From Spirogloea muscicola (lineage: Eukaryota): a stretch of 64,000 bases of DNA. Position numbers and translations under genes: made by a program. Each line of letters starts with the position of its first letter. Positions within the stretch are counted from its first letter, which is position 1. This document shows positions 11,754 to 23,600 of this stretch, piece after piece. Under the pieces are notes generated by a model that saw only the letters and a list, made by a program, of their open reading frames with translations, searched no databases and had not been told where the DNA came from. The stretch spans positions 635,084 through 699,083 of the forward strand of contig WELB01000016.1 in NCBI GenBank assembly GCA_009602725.1, given 5' to 3'.

Positions 11754-13996
11754 ATGCTCCCCAAGATGGCCGCCGCTGGCGCGGCGGCGCTCCTGTTGGG
11801 CTTGACGGCGCTCACTTGCGATGCGGCGCTGCCGTTTGACCCCGCTGCCGTCGTCCCCGCCTTCGTCTGGTCCAACATAGAGTAAGAAACCTGGACTGGC
11901 CCTGAAGGGCTTAGGTCCCTGGCTTCATTGCCGTCAGCGGCTGCGCTGCAGTCTGCTGCATCAAATCTGTCAGCTTATAGATCTCCCAAGCCGTCGTCTG
12001 ACATAGGTACACATGCACTTGCGTGGCAGCTGCGTCAGTGGCAGTGGAGTTGTCGACTATCAAGCTCTTGCCATGGACGCCCTTGCCGCGAACCTCTTCG
12101 CCAATGAGGTGGGCACTGCTACCGAGATCATGGTCCGAGAGGCAATGTCTGGCGACGCTACTTGCTGAGTCGTCTCAAGGCAAGCCACTGACAAGCTTCA
12201 AGCGGCGGGCCTGCATCCCTTCTGACAGAGCCAGATCCTCAGCGGCAACAGTGTTGATGCAGTCTTCATATTTGTGGGTACACAGGTATGCATTCCTTCC
12301 TGAAGCCATATACATTGTAGTTGCAGGCAGTGTTAAATTGAAGATAGGGGTTGGAATCAGTCACTCTAGTAACTGCAGGCTGCTCTGGGATGGGCCGATG
12401 CCTTAACAGTCAGTATTTTCAAAGGGCAGGTATTCAACTGGATGCTCAGGTTCTTCAATAGAGCTGTGGCTTAGCAATAGTCGGTTAGGCGTTTGTGTGG
12501 AGACGTCCGTTCCATGCTCTGTCATGAGTCGTTGGTTGGTGTGTGGCCCATCTTGCTTTGCTATTAACGTGCATTCCTTGCATGCGCCAGCTGAGGACCA
12601 GCGACCTCTCACGCTACCGAGGTGAACACGAGGACGCGGATCCTTTGAAAGCCCTCAAGGTTGTAATCTTATCTCATATGCTCCAGCAAATTTGATCCGT
12701 TGTCTTCCTTACGGTAGAGCACAGAGCACAAGCAACACAGTACTTAGACCTGGGCTCTTGCGAGCCTGACAGATCTCAGTACCTTCTGTAAGATCTTTAT
12801 CACGTTCTGCAGCCCCCATAGATCACCGTGCGCCATGGCTCAAGCAGACAGTCAAGGGGCAGGAGATGACTCAGCATGCAGCTTTGTTGGGGTTGTCCAG
12901 GGTGCCTTGCATGACGCCAACACGTCAATCAGCTTCCCCAGCATCAGCTTGAGTGGGTCACAACGCTATGCAGCCTCAGTACTTGCAGGAGCTCTTTCTG
13001 CAAAGCTTGGCCAAAACCTTGGCGAGCTCCTCATTGTGGGGCCGTGCAAGGTGGATGCTGGACATGCCACAAACTTTGACAAAGTGGCAGACTTGAAGGT
13101 AAGCATTGACCTTTTAAAAGACGGTCAAGGTCCCTATCACAAAGTAAAGAACAAAGACAGATGCTTGACAAGTTGTCCAGTCCTGAAGTTCCAGAGGTTG
13201 ATGTGTTCAAATGGCAGGGCCTGCTGCTTGGCTTGAAAATGCTCATCGATTAGCTTCTCCAAGCAGAGAGAGAGAGCAGTGATCAGCAGGACCCTTGATG
13301 TCATGACTAAGGATCGTAACCATTGCAGGAACATCTTATGAAGAGACCCTCCACAAGACAATCAGGCCAAACAGATGTGCTTGTTGTGTGCAATGAGGAT
13401 CTCTGGGGGGACTACTCACTTGAAGCCCTGACCGAGGAAGGTCTGTGGAGCTCTTAAAGTTGTTGCTAAAAAATGAGATGTGCGCACTTGCAGTGCTACT
13501 GCAACAAGCTGTTACAATGTAGTGACTGCCACGTTCATGTCTGGCCTTGATCTGCCTTTGCAGGTCACATCTTCGACGCTGTTCACGGGGCTGTGAAGGA
13601 GTCAGTGCCCAAGTATGCGGTTATATACACTGCTGATCCTCGTGAGGCTCAGCATCTATCAGATGCTCGCAGGGCACTGCAGGAGGAAGACTCCTGTGAT
13701 GCCCTCTGTCGCACAAAGGCGACCGTACTTGAGGTGTTCATGGTGGTAAGTCTGGTCAACATTGCTAGTATCGATGGTGTCAATGACATGGCCAGATGAC
13801 ACATGACACTCACATGATGACTTGTTTTACCGATCTCCTCTGACACCCTTGCTTGCTGCAGCGCATGGCAAGTGTTGATGCTAGTCCTGTACCTCCTTGC
13901 CAGGTTGTGGTGTTGGCAGTCATACTCATCTCGGGCTTGTGCTGCATGGCGCAAGTTGACACGCCGTCCCGCTTTGAGAAACCCCATGATCAATAA
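11754..13996 (+). CDS. V-ATPase accessory subunit S1 (Ac45/VOA1)-like type I membrane protein, multi-exon
   Basis: Signal peptide then VVPAFVWSN; VDYQ; C-terminal CDALCRTKATVLE, a TM helix, then ILISGLCCMAQVDTPSRFEKPHDQ*, the typical Ac45/VOA1 tail; start at 11754 or 11766. Confidence 0.8.
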
Positions 13997-14436
13997 CCTT
14001 GGACTTCCTTGTACATCCTTTTACTTCTCGAGAAACTCACTGTCATTGATAGTCAATGGCACCTGTTGCTGCTCCGCCCACGCGACTAGACTAAACCCTG
14101 CAGCAACCAAAGTATGCTGCTTGGTGGCTGCTGCGGCTGTGCTATTGACATGCAAGCATTTCCGCATGCTGTAAGTCTTCGTTGGGGTTGCACCTCTCCT
14201 CCAGCCACAGGACTTGAGTGTCATGCACCCCTGAACCCTGTGCATGAACTCACAATGCAAGCATGGCAGAGGCGTTGTCTCCGGTGTATGTTTGCATTGC
14301 ATGTGTAAGTACTGCTGAACCATACGAGTCACCTTCAATCAAATACGACAGACCGGGAAGAAAGTGGGCACTATGTCTCCCAGTAAATTTGTCAGTAGAA
14401 TGGTCGTCCTGGAGAAAGTTGCATGCACTGCGAAGG

Positions 14437-16749
14437 TCATGGGTTCTCGACGCCACCAGATGGAGCGGCAGGTGCCTTGGCATCCTTGCCAGCATCTGGT
14501 GTGGCTGTCGAGCTGTTGGCCCTTGTGACCTCGGTGGGAGGTATTCTCTTGCTTGCACGCTCCTGCACCAAGTCGTCGGGCCCACCAACGGGTGTCGGTG
14601 CCACTCGCTTCACTCCGCGGCCCACTATGCCAATGCTGCGCACTGGTGTCGCTGCTGCGGGTGCCAGCCCGACTGCGACGCCGTCTGCAGGCGGAACCAC
14701 TGGCAGCTTCGGCTTGTCAAAGCCAGGTGAGGACAGCAGATCAGCGGTCACAGCTGGCACCGTGTCTTCTGCGTTCTCCTCCAGTGTCGCAGCCGCCACT
14801 GCCGTCTTCTGCTTTTCATCGCTGTCCTGCTTTCCAGTGAGGGCGCCGAATGCCTGCCGCAGCGCCTGGAAGTTGGCGGCGGCTTCAGGATTCTGTGCTT
14901 CCAGCGTCTGCATGAATGAGGGGCCCTCCGCCTGCTCCCGTAGCTCTTCCTCCTGCACATGAGTGCCATACAGGCAGATGTCAGAGATCCTTGTAGCAAC
15001 AAAAACGATCATCAAGCGCCGGCAAGAATGTGCATTGGCGTACCTTTTCCTTGAGGTCAGCAATGAGGCCCCGCAAGATGTCGACCTCCTGCTGCACGGC
15101 TGCTCCATTGGCCTCCCCGTTTGCTGACCCCACCGAGGGCTCCCCGCCGGCAGTGGCAGGGGCTCCACCAAGCGCCACCTTGAGCTTCTGAATGCGCGCC
15201 TGGCAGATGGCAGCGGCGCGCTGGCAGTGCGCCAGGGCCTCGCGTGGGTTGTGGTCCAGCTGCTGCGCTAGCGCGATCTTGAAGCACCTGCATGTCACAT
15301 GCGGCGAGTCATGTATGCCTGCTGCAAGCAGTCGACAAGCAAGCGCGCAAGCCAGTTGTACCGAATCACCACTACTACTGCTACGAGTGGAAGAGGGCTA
15401 TGGCAGCTTGGGAGGCGGAGAGGGATGAGGAGGGGGAGAGAGGTACAGCTCGGCGAGCATGCGGTCATCTGGCAGCAGGAGGTGCTCCAGGATGCCCAGG
15501 GCCTTGCTGTAGTCGGCGACCGCCAGCTCAAATTGCTCTGTCATGGGGGGCGCGGCGCCGCAGGGCTGGTCAGGCGCTCGGCAGGCACAGCGTGTTCCTA
15601 CCACTGCGACCGTGGCAGCGCCGCGGCCCTTGCGAGACGGAAGACCGTCCAAGAGCAGCAGGAGGAAGGAGCTGCTCCTGCAACTCCCCATCATAAATAT
15701 GCAATTGCCCCATCGTTTCAGATCCAAGGAAATGGGTTGTTGGGTTATTGGGTTGTTGGGCTATTGGGTGTTTATTTAATTCGCCACGGATTTGCACAAA
15801 GGTGCTGAGAGAGGGTGGGGGCGGCGCGCACCTTTCTCCAGGCTGATGTCGGCGAGCGTGGCGATGACCTCGGCCTCCTCGACGCTGCGAGCCGCCGCCT
15901 TCTCGTGGATCAGGCGCGCCGTCTCCAGCACCTTCCACGCCAGCTCCAGGTCGCCCTCCTCGTCGTCCTCCTCCTCCTCCCCACCGTCCCCGTCGTCGTC
16001 GTCCACCTCCTCCTCCTCCGCCGCCTCGCCGCTCTCGCCGTTCAGGTCCACCTCCTTGCCCTTGTCCTTGACGTGGGTCGGCGCCGCCGGCGCGGCGGCG
16101 GCGTCCCCGTCGTCCACCTCCCCCGCCTCGTCGTCGCCGCCGTTGTCCTCCTCCTCCGCCTCTTCGCCATCCGCATCGTCTGTGGGACCGAGACAGCGGC
16201 ATGGCTCAGCTGTCGCCATTGGCAATGTCTACTTTACTTGGCAGAACATCTCCGGCAATCGCCCATCAAAGGCAGGCCACCCACTAGCGCTGCCGCGCAG
16301 CGGCGGCGGCGGCTTGCAAGCCGCACCGGCACCGGCACTGGCGGCGGAGGCGGCGGCGGCGGAGGCGCGCTTCGCGGCGATGGCCTGCTCGGCGGGGCCC
16401 AGGGCGTCGGCCTCGCCCTGCGCCTTGGCCAGCAGCGCGGCGCCGTACTTGAAGTAGGCGCTGGCGCACTCGGCCGCCAGCTCGCCGTAGTGCCCCACCC
16501 TGCGCCACCGCCGCCGCCGCCGCCGCCGCCNNNNNNNNNNNNNNNNNNNNNNNNNNNNNNNNNNNNNNNNNNNNNNNNNNNNNNNNNNNNNNNNNNNNNN
16601 NNNNNNNNNNNNNNNNNNNNNNNNNNNNNNNNNNNNNNNNNNNNNNNNNNNNNNNNNNNNNNNNNNNNNNNNNNNNNNNNNNNNNNNNNNNNNNNNNNNN
16701 NNNNNNNNNNNNCCGGTGCCGCCGCCGCCGGCGCCGCCGCCGCCGCCAT
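14437..16749 (-). CDS. NASP: NASP/Sim3 histone H3 chaperone (SHNi-TPR), multi-exon, with an internal gap
   Basis: YGELAAECASAYFKYGAALL; acidic insert; DLELAWKVLETARLI; LADISLEK; FELAVADYSKAL...DDRMLAELY; C-terminal basic IGIVGRGVKR. Confidence 0.88.
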
Positions 16750-17229
16750 GGCCGCGGCCGCGGGCGCACGGGCTCTGCTTCTGCTGGGGCTCCGGCCGGC
16801 GCTGGGACACTACGGGACAGGCAGTTCGGTTGCCCGGGGCCCAGGGCGAGAGACCCTCCCTTCCGAAGCGAGGTTTCCAACTGGTCTCTTACCAGGCTGA
16901 GGCGAGAGGGCTTGCCGTAGGCCGGGAGGGAGGCCGCCGCCACCCCCCTCCGCGCTCCGGCCGCGCTTCCCGCGCCAGAGGGCGGGAACCGGTGGGTCGT
17001 GGATTGTTCCGCGGCGCTCATCCGACAGATCGTGGACTCTTCCGCGGCGCCGCCGTGACGCCAGCCTGGCCAGGCCACGGGGCAACGCCGTGCCGACGCT
17101 GCGGAGCCCGCCACAGTGCCTCTAGTGGAACTAGTTTCTCCGACCTGCGGCTGCTCAACTGGGTTATGGAGTGGTTCGTTGCTTTTTGATTTCTTGTGTG
17201 TGCACTAAAACTCTTCTCTGGCCATGTCG

Positions 17230-17415
17230 CACTTTGTTCACTCGTTCTTCTGGGCTGGCCTCTCACAGCCACCGCCCTCTCCTGGAAGTGTCTTTTCTTC
17301 TTTTCTTAGTGTCGAGCGACGAGTGCGGAGCTCCTCCATTTGGAGAAGGTGGCTCTCCCAAAAGGGGCACAGGGCTGTGAACAGCCAGCCCGAAAAGTAG
17401 TGACAAGGTCCGACA
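17230..17415. repeat. Inverted pair of CRE hairpin-tail units
   Basis: gggctggcctctcacagccc at ~17251 (+) and gggctgtgaacagccagccc at ~17372 (-). Confidence 0.65.
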
Positions 17416-18071
17416 AGGTCCACCTGAAGGTACAAAGAGCGCCCTGCCTCAGTGTGGACCTGGCTGGCTTTTACAGCCGGTCTTGTAATCTCATGCGGCT
17501 GCATAATTCATCTTATTCCATGAGGCCGTGGAGCTCCCAGCTCCTGACTTTTCCGACACCGTCCACTGTTCACTGGGCTAGTCACTCCGACCTGCGGCTG
17601 CTGAGGGGTTGCTGACCCTACATCTGCTGTGACCACTTGCATAGCTCTGTAGTCTTAGCGTCTTTCGGCCCTTTGAACCTCGTGGTTTACATGCGGCGCC
17701 CGACTCTCGGCCGCCGGCCCAGCATGCCGGCGGCCACGCAGCAGGCGAGCGCTTCGCCGGGGAGGCCGGCCAGGCGGGCCCAGCCGCGGGCTGAGCAAGA
17801 GGCCCCAGAGTTGCAACCGCCACGGAGCGCGAGCTTCCTGAGCTTCCTTCCTCGTCCAGAATCTTTCTGTTAGCAAGCTTCTGTCTCCTCTCATCCGTGG
17901 TCTGCAGAAAGGATAGTGCTAGGCATTAAATGCCTTATGCCTGCTGCTTTATGAGGTTGCTGACTATGGGCGTAGCTAAGCTAATCGCTGTCTCCTGACC
18001 ATTACTTCAATGAATCCCTGTATGGTAAAGCACGCTCACACAAACTTGTTGTGGGCAATCTTGTCCTCCAG

Positions 18072-18270
18072 CTGCAGGGCTCCTACCACGGCCACTTGAC
18101 CAGAAGGCGCGGACAGTGTCGGAGGTGCGCAAGAATGTGTGGCCTTTGATTAAGAGTGGACAGATTAAGCCAGTCATTGACTGCATCTTTCCTCTTGCAG
18201 AGGCTGCAAAAGCACATGAACAACTTGACTCCAGTGCTCACATAGGCAAAGTTGTCCTAGTAGTTGGATG
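18072..18270 (+). pseudogene. Orphan last exon of an NADPH:quinone oxidoreductase (PIG3/zeta-crystallin family)
   Basis: After the acceptor ctccag: AGLLPRPLDQKARTVSEVRKNVWPLIKSGQIKPVIDCIFPLAEAAKAHEQLDSSAHIGKVVL; no upstream exons recognised, and the frame runs on into a repeat. Confidence 0.7.
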
Positions 18271-18399
18271 GACAGAAGAGGGCGATGGCTGTGATTGGCC
18301 AGCCCAGAGAAAGAATGAACAAAGCTCGAAGGGGCCAGAAAAAGCTAGAGCACACTGCGACTCAATTGCCACTGGGTGCTTAACATCCCCTGTTGAGAA

Positions 18400-18950
18400 T
18401 TTAATGTTTATGCGTGCTCAGACTCATGCTTCGCACCGAACCTGCCATCTGGTATTCAGGCATCGATTAGCGACCTCCATGTGTTAATTCGTGCTTACTG
18501 AGCGGGTCAATGTGCAATGGGTGATGTACGTCAGTAGATGTGCTTGCCTTTGTACCTGGCATTTTTGGCCTTCGTTTTTGAGCAGCCCGCAGGTCAGAGA
18601 AAGTAGTCTCCGGGTAGCGGGGTCCCCTGTCTACAGCCAGAGGCTGCAGCCCAAACGCGACCAGCACGCAGACGCAACGCATATGCGATTGACCGCTGCA
18701 GCCTGCAGCGATACTGACAGGCGCATGCGATACAGGCGAGAGAGCCTGCCGCGTCGGCCTGCTCCGCTTGGTGACGTCGAGACACAGTGGTGCGCGCTAG
18801 CCGATGCAGGAGTTCGAGCCACCGAGCGCCGAACGCCCCGTGGACGTGGTTGGCAAGGGCGAACTGAGCTCTAACAGCGGGGGCGGTGGTGTGCATGGCC
18901 AGCCCACAAAGAATGGACAAGGTTCGAATGACCAGAAGGCGCCAAAGCGA
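18400..18950. mobile_element. Two truncated CRE-like 3' ends arranged tail-to-tail (+ strand 18400-18580; - strand 18585-18860) plus a tail unit
   Basis: The + copy has the ttactgagcgggtcaa UTR; the - copy encodes HVHGAFGARWLELLHRLAR...RMRLSVSLQ. Confidence 0.65.
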
Positions 18951-20349
18951 CAAAGCTATGCAGGAGACCACAGCGGCTCAACAACCCCAAGCCAGCAGCC
19001 GCAAGTGGGAGTGACTAGCAGCCGGAAGAAAGAGAAGTGCGCTCCCATAGAGAAGAGAGGCTGGCAAAGCTAGCCAAAAAAGAATGACAATGTCCAAAGC
19101 CAAAGAAAGAGGAGCCGGAAGAAAGGATAGGATGCGTTCACCGGCGTCCTTCTGGACCAAGACACAAAGCAGCTACGTATTACTCAGTAACCCCTGCTAA
19201 GCAGCCTCAGGTCCTTCTGGACCCCGAGACCGGCCATGCGGCGAAGGGCTCGCCGCATTGCCCGCCTCGTTCTCGTTCTGCGGCTGGGGAGGCGGAGTAT
19301 CCCGGGCAGGTGTGAATCGGAGCACCCCGGGCGGATCGGGCCGGCGCACGTGCGCGACCGGCGGGGGGTTCATGCGGCCGCCACATGCCCCGTCTAGACT
19401 CCCCTCCCCTTCTCGGGAAAAGTACTCTCGCCGCGGAGCAATAGAGCGTATTAGCGCATGGCTGTCTTTTGAGGCGCAGCAACGGCTCTTTTGTCTCCGC
19501 TGACCCTCGTCCCGATCCCCTCCCCTCTGGGCTACTGTGCGCCAGGAGTTCTCCTGTCACGCCCCTCACCGCCGCCGCCATTGCCGCCGCCGCCGCCGCC
19601 ATTGCAACCATCGCCGCCGCCTCCGTCGCCGCCATTGCCGCCGCCGTCGCCGCCGTCGCCGGCGGAGACTGCTGNGCCGGGGCAGGGCACTGCCGCCTGC
19701 TCGGCGCTAGCTCCCAAGGCGCGGAGGCCTGAGGGCCGCGCGAGGGCAGCCCTCCCGGGCGCTTGCGGTGCCCACGGGCGGCACTGACCCCGGCCCGGAG
19801 GCTAGGCGTGGCCGGCCGCCTCGTCTCCTGGCAGTAAGCGGAGACGATGTTCCCTCCAGATGGCCATGGCGCTCCATGTGTTTCCGGAGCTCCTTGATGG
19901 GATGCCACAGTCAGGCCCTCGTTCGGCCTCCCCTCCCGGAGCTTCAAGGTCCAGCCTGCGCATGGTGCGTTCCTTCCTAGTGCGGAGGCAATGGTGACGC
20001 CGTGGCCATAAGGCAGGGCTTAGGTTCTCCCGTCAACAAGAACCCTTGCCAGGCTACAACCGTCCGTTCAGCTGCCTATCGTTATCAGCAGGGTTTAGTG
20101 CTTTGGCTTCCGGCTTGGCAGACAGGACTGGGAGTGCCAGCAGATAAGTACGCTGCCCCATCAGTGCATGTACACGGGCACGCCGGAGCACGATGGTCAG
20201 CAGTCAAGCCGGCCTGCTTAATTGGCACGGTGGAGCAGGGCTGGCACTGCGACCTTCGAACTTCAAAATCTGCACACGATGATAGAGCACTGGGCTTATG
20301 ACCTCATGGTCGCAGATTTAAGCCCTGCTACACTCAGAAACCAGGCACT

Positions 20350-20397
20350 AGGGGTTTAGGGTTTAGGGCTTAGGGCTTGGGATTTAGGGTTTTGGGT
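20350..20397 (+). repeat. Degenerate plant-type telomeric (TTTAGGG) tract, interstitial
   Basis: tagggg tttaggg tttaggg cttaggg cttggga tttaggg tttttggg. Confidence 0.7.
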
Positions 20398-20609
20398 TGA
20401 TGGAACTACGTAGCACGGCGTGGCCAAGCGCACTTGGGAGCTGCTGGCGAGCAGATGTTAGAGGTGGAACTGAACAAGCTTGCGCTGCTTCGCCTGTCTT
20501 GCAGTCTGAAGAAGAGCCTGCATGGCTGTCACCGAGCCAGGCAGATGGCCCTTGTAGTCAAAGGTGACTGGCACCTGGCACAAGGCCGGGTGCATTGGAG
20601 GCAGCCAAG

Positions 20610-23600
20610 ATGGTTGCAGATGGCACCGTGCCACCAGCGCTGGCCACCGTCCAGGGCCATGGGGGCCTACTTGTCGTTGACAGCAAGCACTACCAGGTAA
20701 GGTAGTTTCTGCTCTGGCTTGTGACCCCGTGTCAGATTGATCCTCAACGGGTGAAGCACTTCAGCTTCTGTTTCAGAAAGATCGAGGTGTTGAAGTGGTT
20801 TAGATCTTAGTGTGCACTGTGCACTTGCCTGATAGAGACCTGTCTCAAGATGTGCAATCGTTTATTGATTTCTAAGCAACTCCAATATTAACAACAAGGT
20901 TTGTTTTCTGCTGTCACACGACGTTGCTCATCCAGATTCTATCACACAGCAGGAATTTTCTCGATGTAGTCAAGGTTGCTGCCAAAATCGACTCTGCCAG
21001 CCTGGTGGGCATGCCGCTGTTGGACCTCTTCAGCGAAGAGGTGTGCCAGCTTGACTGCAGATATTGCATGAGCCTCTTTATGACTGAAGACATTGTAATA
21101 TTAGGTGACATTCATTGCTGCAGAGCAGGAGGGCATAGTCTACAGGGAGCAAGATCTCCAAGTAGCACAAGGGAGCGGTTGGCCCCTTATTGACTGAGTG
21201 CAGCTTAATGAGCGTCCTAATTTTGACCTAATTGCAGGCTTATGCCAAGATGCAGCTAGCATCCGTGCGGGCAGACGACCGTTCTAGCTCATGCCGCATC
21301 GTTGCAGAAGGAGGTACATCAAAGAGAATGAATCACTGCCTGTGTGCTTCCTGCTGCGCTTGGCATGCACTCGGATATGTAGCCTCCCAATGGCTTGAGT
21401 TGTACTCATTGACGGGCACAGTTGGCATGCAAGTTTGCCTGTCTCCGCCTTCCTCATGAAACTCAGTGGGTCTAACAGCCACTAGCTGCGTCTTCATTGC
21501 AGAAAGCTCTTTCCTTGTCACTGTCAACCGAGCAGGCGGATATGTGTACCTGAGTTTTGAGGAAGACACTGAAGCAGGTCTGCTCTGACTACTACTCAGC
21601 TACAATCAGGTTCCAGAGGCTACTGCTGAGACCAGGCTGTCATGATGCCACGTCTATACGGCATGTACTTACTTGGAGCAAACGACGAAAGACATCCCTC
21701 CGTCTTTGACGGATCCTGAACCACTGCCCTTTTTACTTCTCATTTAGCATTTGTTTTGTCTATCTAACAGCAGGTAAGAAATCTTCAAGGAAGCACGACG
21801 GGCGCACCTTCTCCACTCAATTGCCGTTCCATCAACTGGCAAGGGTCGCCATCGACCACCTCCAAGCCGTACCTGCACGAGATGTAGTTAGTCTTTGTGC
21901 AGTTGCAGCCCAGGTACATGTGGCCAAGACCACAATATCAGCTATTAGAGCTCATTTTGCCAAAATGAGACCTTGCTGATTGGGTTCTTACGCAGGCCAG
22001 ATTGACATGACTCTTAAGATGCGTGCTTACCAACGTTGTCTGTCTGCGTGCTCATGGTTGCAGGAGCTCCGTAATATGGCAGGATATGACAGGGTTGTCA
22101 TTGGGCAGGTTGCTGAGATCGGGGACACTGCTGAGGTCTTGAGACCGGACCTCCCTCTCAGTTGCCAACTACAATGTCACCTGCAACTAAGAAGGCCTTC
22201 AATCTCTTGCAAATCACGAACCTGCAAGCACTTGCATCTGGAAGAACATGTCCAGCATATAGCACCTGGAGCAGTGCTCCCATAGGTTTGTACTGTGTGA
22301 GTGAGGAACGTTCAGAGGGTCCGACTAGACCACAGCCCAGGGATGGGCAGATTCTGCTCCTGTGCTGACTTGATAGAATTGCCTTCTCCAGGTCATTGCA
22401 GAGAGCTGCCTAAAATCACTCCCACCCTACAAAGGCTTGCACTTTCCAATGGCAGCCTTGCCCAAGGTTGTAACATCCTCCAGGCCATCTTTATCTAAAT
22501 CAATTATCCTCATGCATCTTGTCTACACATACGCTCCCAAGATCTCGTGTGACATATGGCAACAGTGAGTGAGCAGAATGTTTCTCACGGCTGCCATATT
22601 ATTAGGTGTGAATTTAGACTTACTCGACATGTGTTCTGATATTATGTTGTCACGTGCTCTCGTGTCATCCAGGACTGGGTGAATGGTCTAAGCAAAGCAG
22701 TACCAATGCGGCTCATCTACGGTGTCGGAGCTGCTCAGGTCCCACTAGCTGGGGAGAAGACTTTGTTGCAGTCCCTTTCCCTGGTCAACTCCCCTCTTGC
22801 AGGTAAGTTAGTGTCCGCTTAGTGACACGATTTGGGTTCCCATGTCAATACTGCAGGCTTTGCTCATGGTCCTTGTTGTTTGTGTCAATTGGCAGGAGTG
22901 GATGACAAGCAAGCCGAGGTCCTTGAGAAGCTAGGGGTCAAGTCTCTCCTTCTCATGCCCATTGAGATCCCCTCAAGAGGAATGCCAAAGCTGTGGGGCA
23001 TTGTTGTATGCCACCACTATCGATCACCGTGGCTCCTTCCCAACTCGCGGAGGGCCTCTTGCATCTTCCTGATTCAGGTACGTAGGTAGCCAAGTAGTCT
23101 GTGCCAGTCAATGACGTTTGCATCCCTGAAGTAAAGGTTTGATGTCATGAGTGCGAGTAAATAACTCCAACACTTGGCAGGTGAGACATGACTTGCGAGC
23201 ACGGTATCATCACTATCTGTCCGCTGCTGCCGTCGACGAGTGTGACAAGCATCTCTTTGGTCCCGCAACCTGCAGGCCCTTAGAGCGCACCTAGAGACAG
23301 CAGTGAAGGCTCAAGAAAGGGCTGCCGACCGCCAGATGCAAGCCATGCAGACCAGCATCTGCGACCACCTCACATACCAAGTGCCCACCTCGCTGGTAGT
23401 TGAGAAGCCTTCCATCATCGACCTCATCCCCTGTGAAGGAGTTGCACATGTCCAAGGGTTGAGCATCGTCAAAGACGGATGTTGCCCAACAGATGCCCTG
23501 GTAAAAGAACAGACCTCATTTGATTCTCATGATATTGACAATATTCCAAGCTGGTTCTTGATGTGTCTCGTGCCTGCAGTAGCAAAGGTTGCAGAATGTT

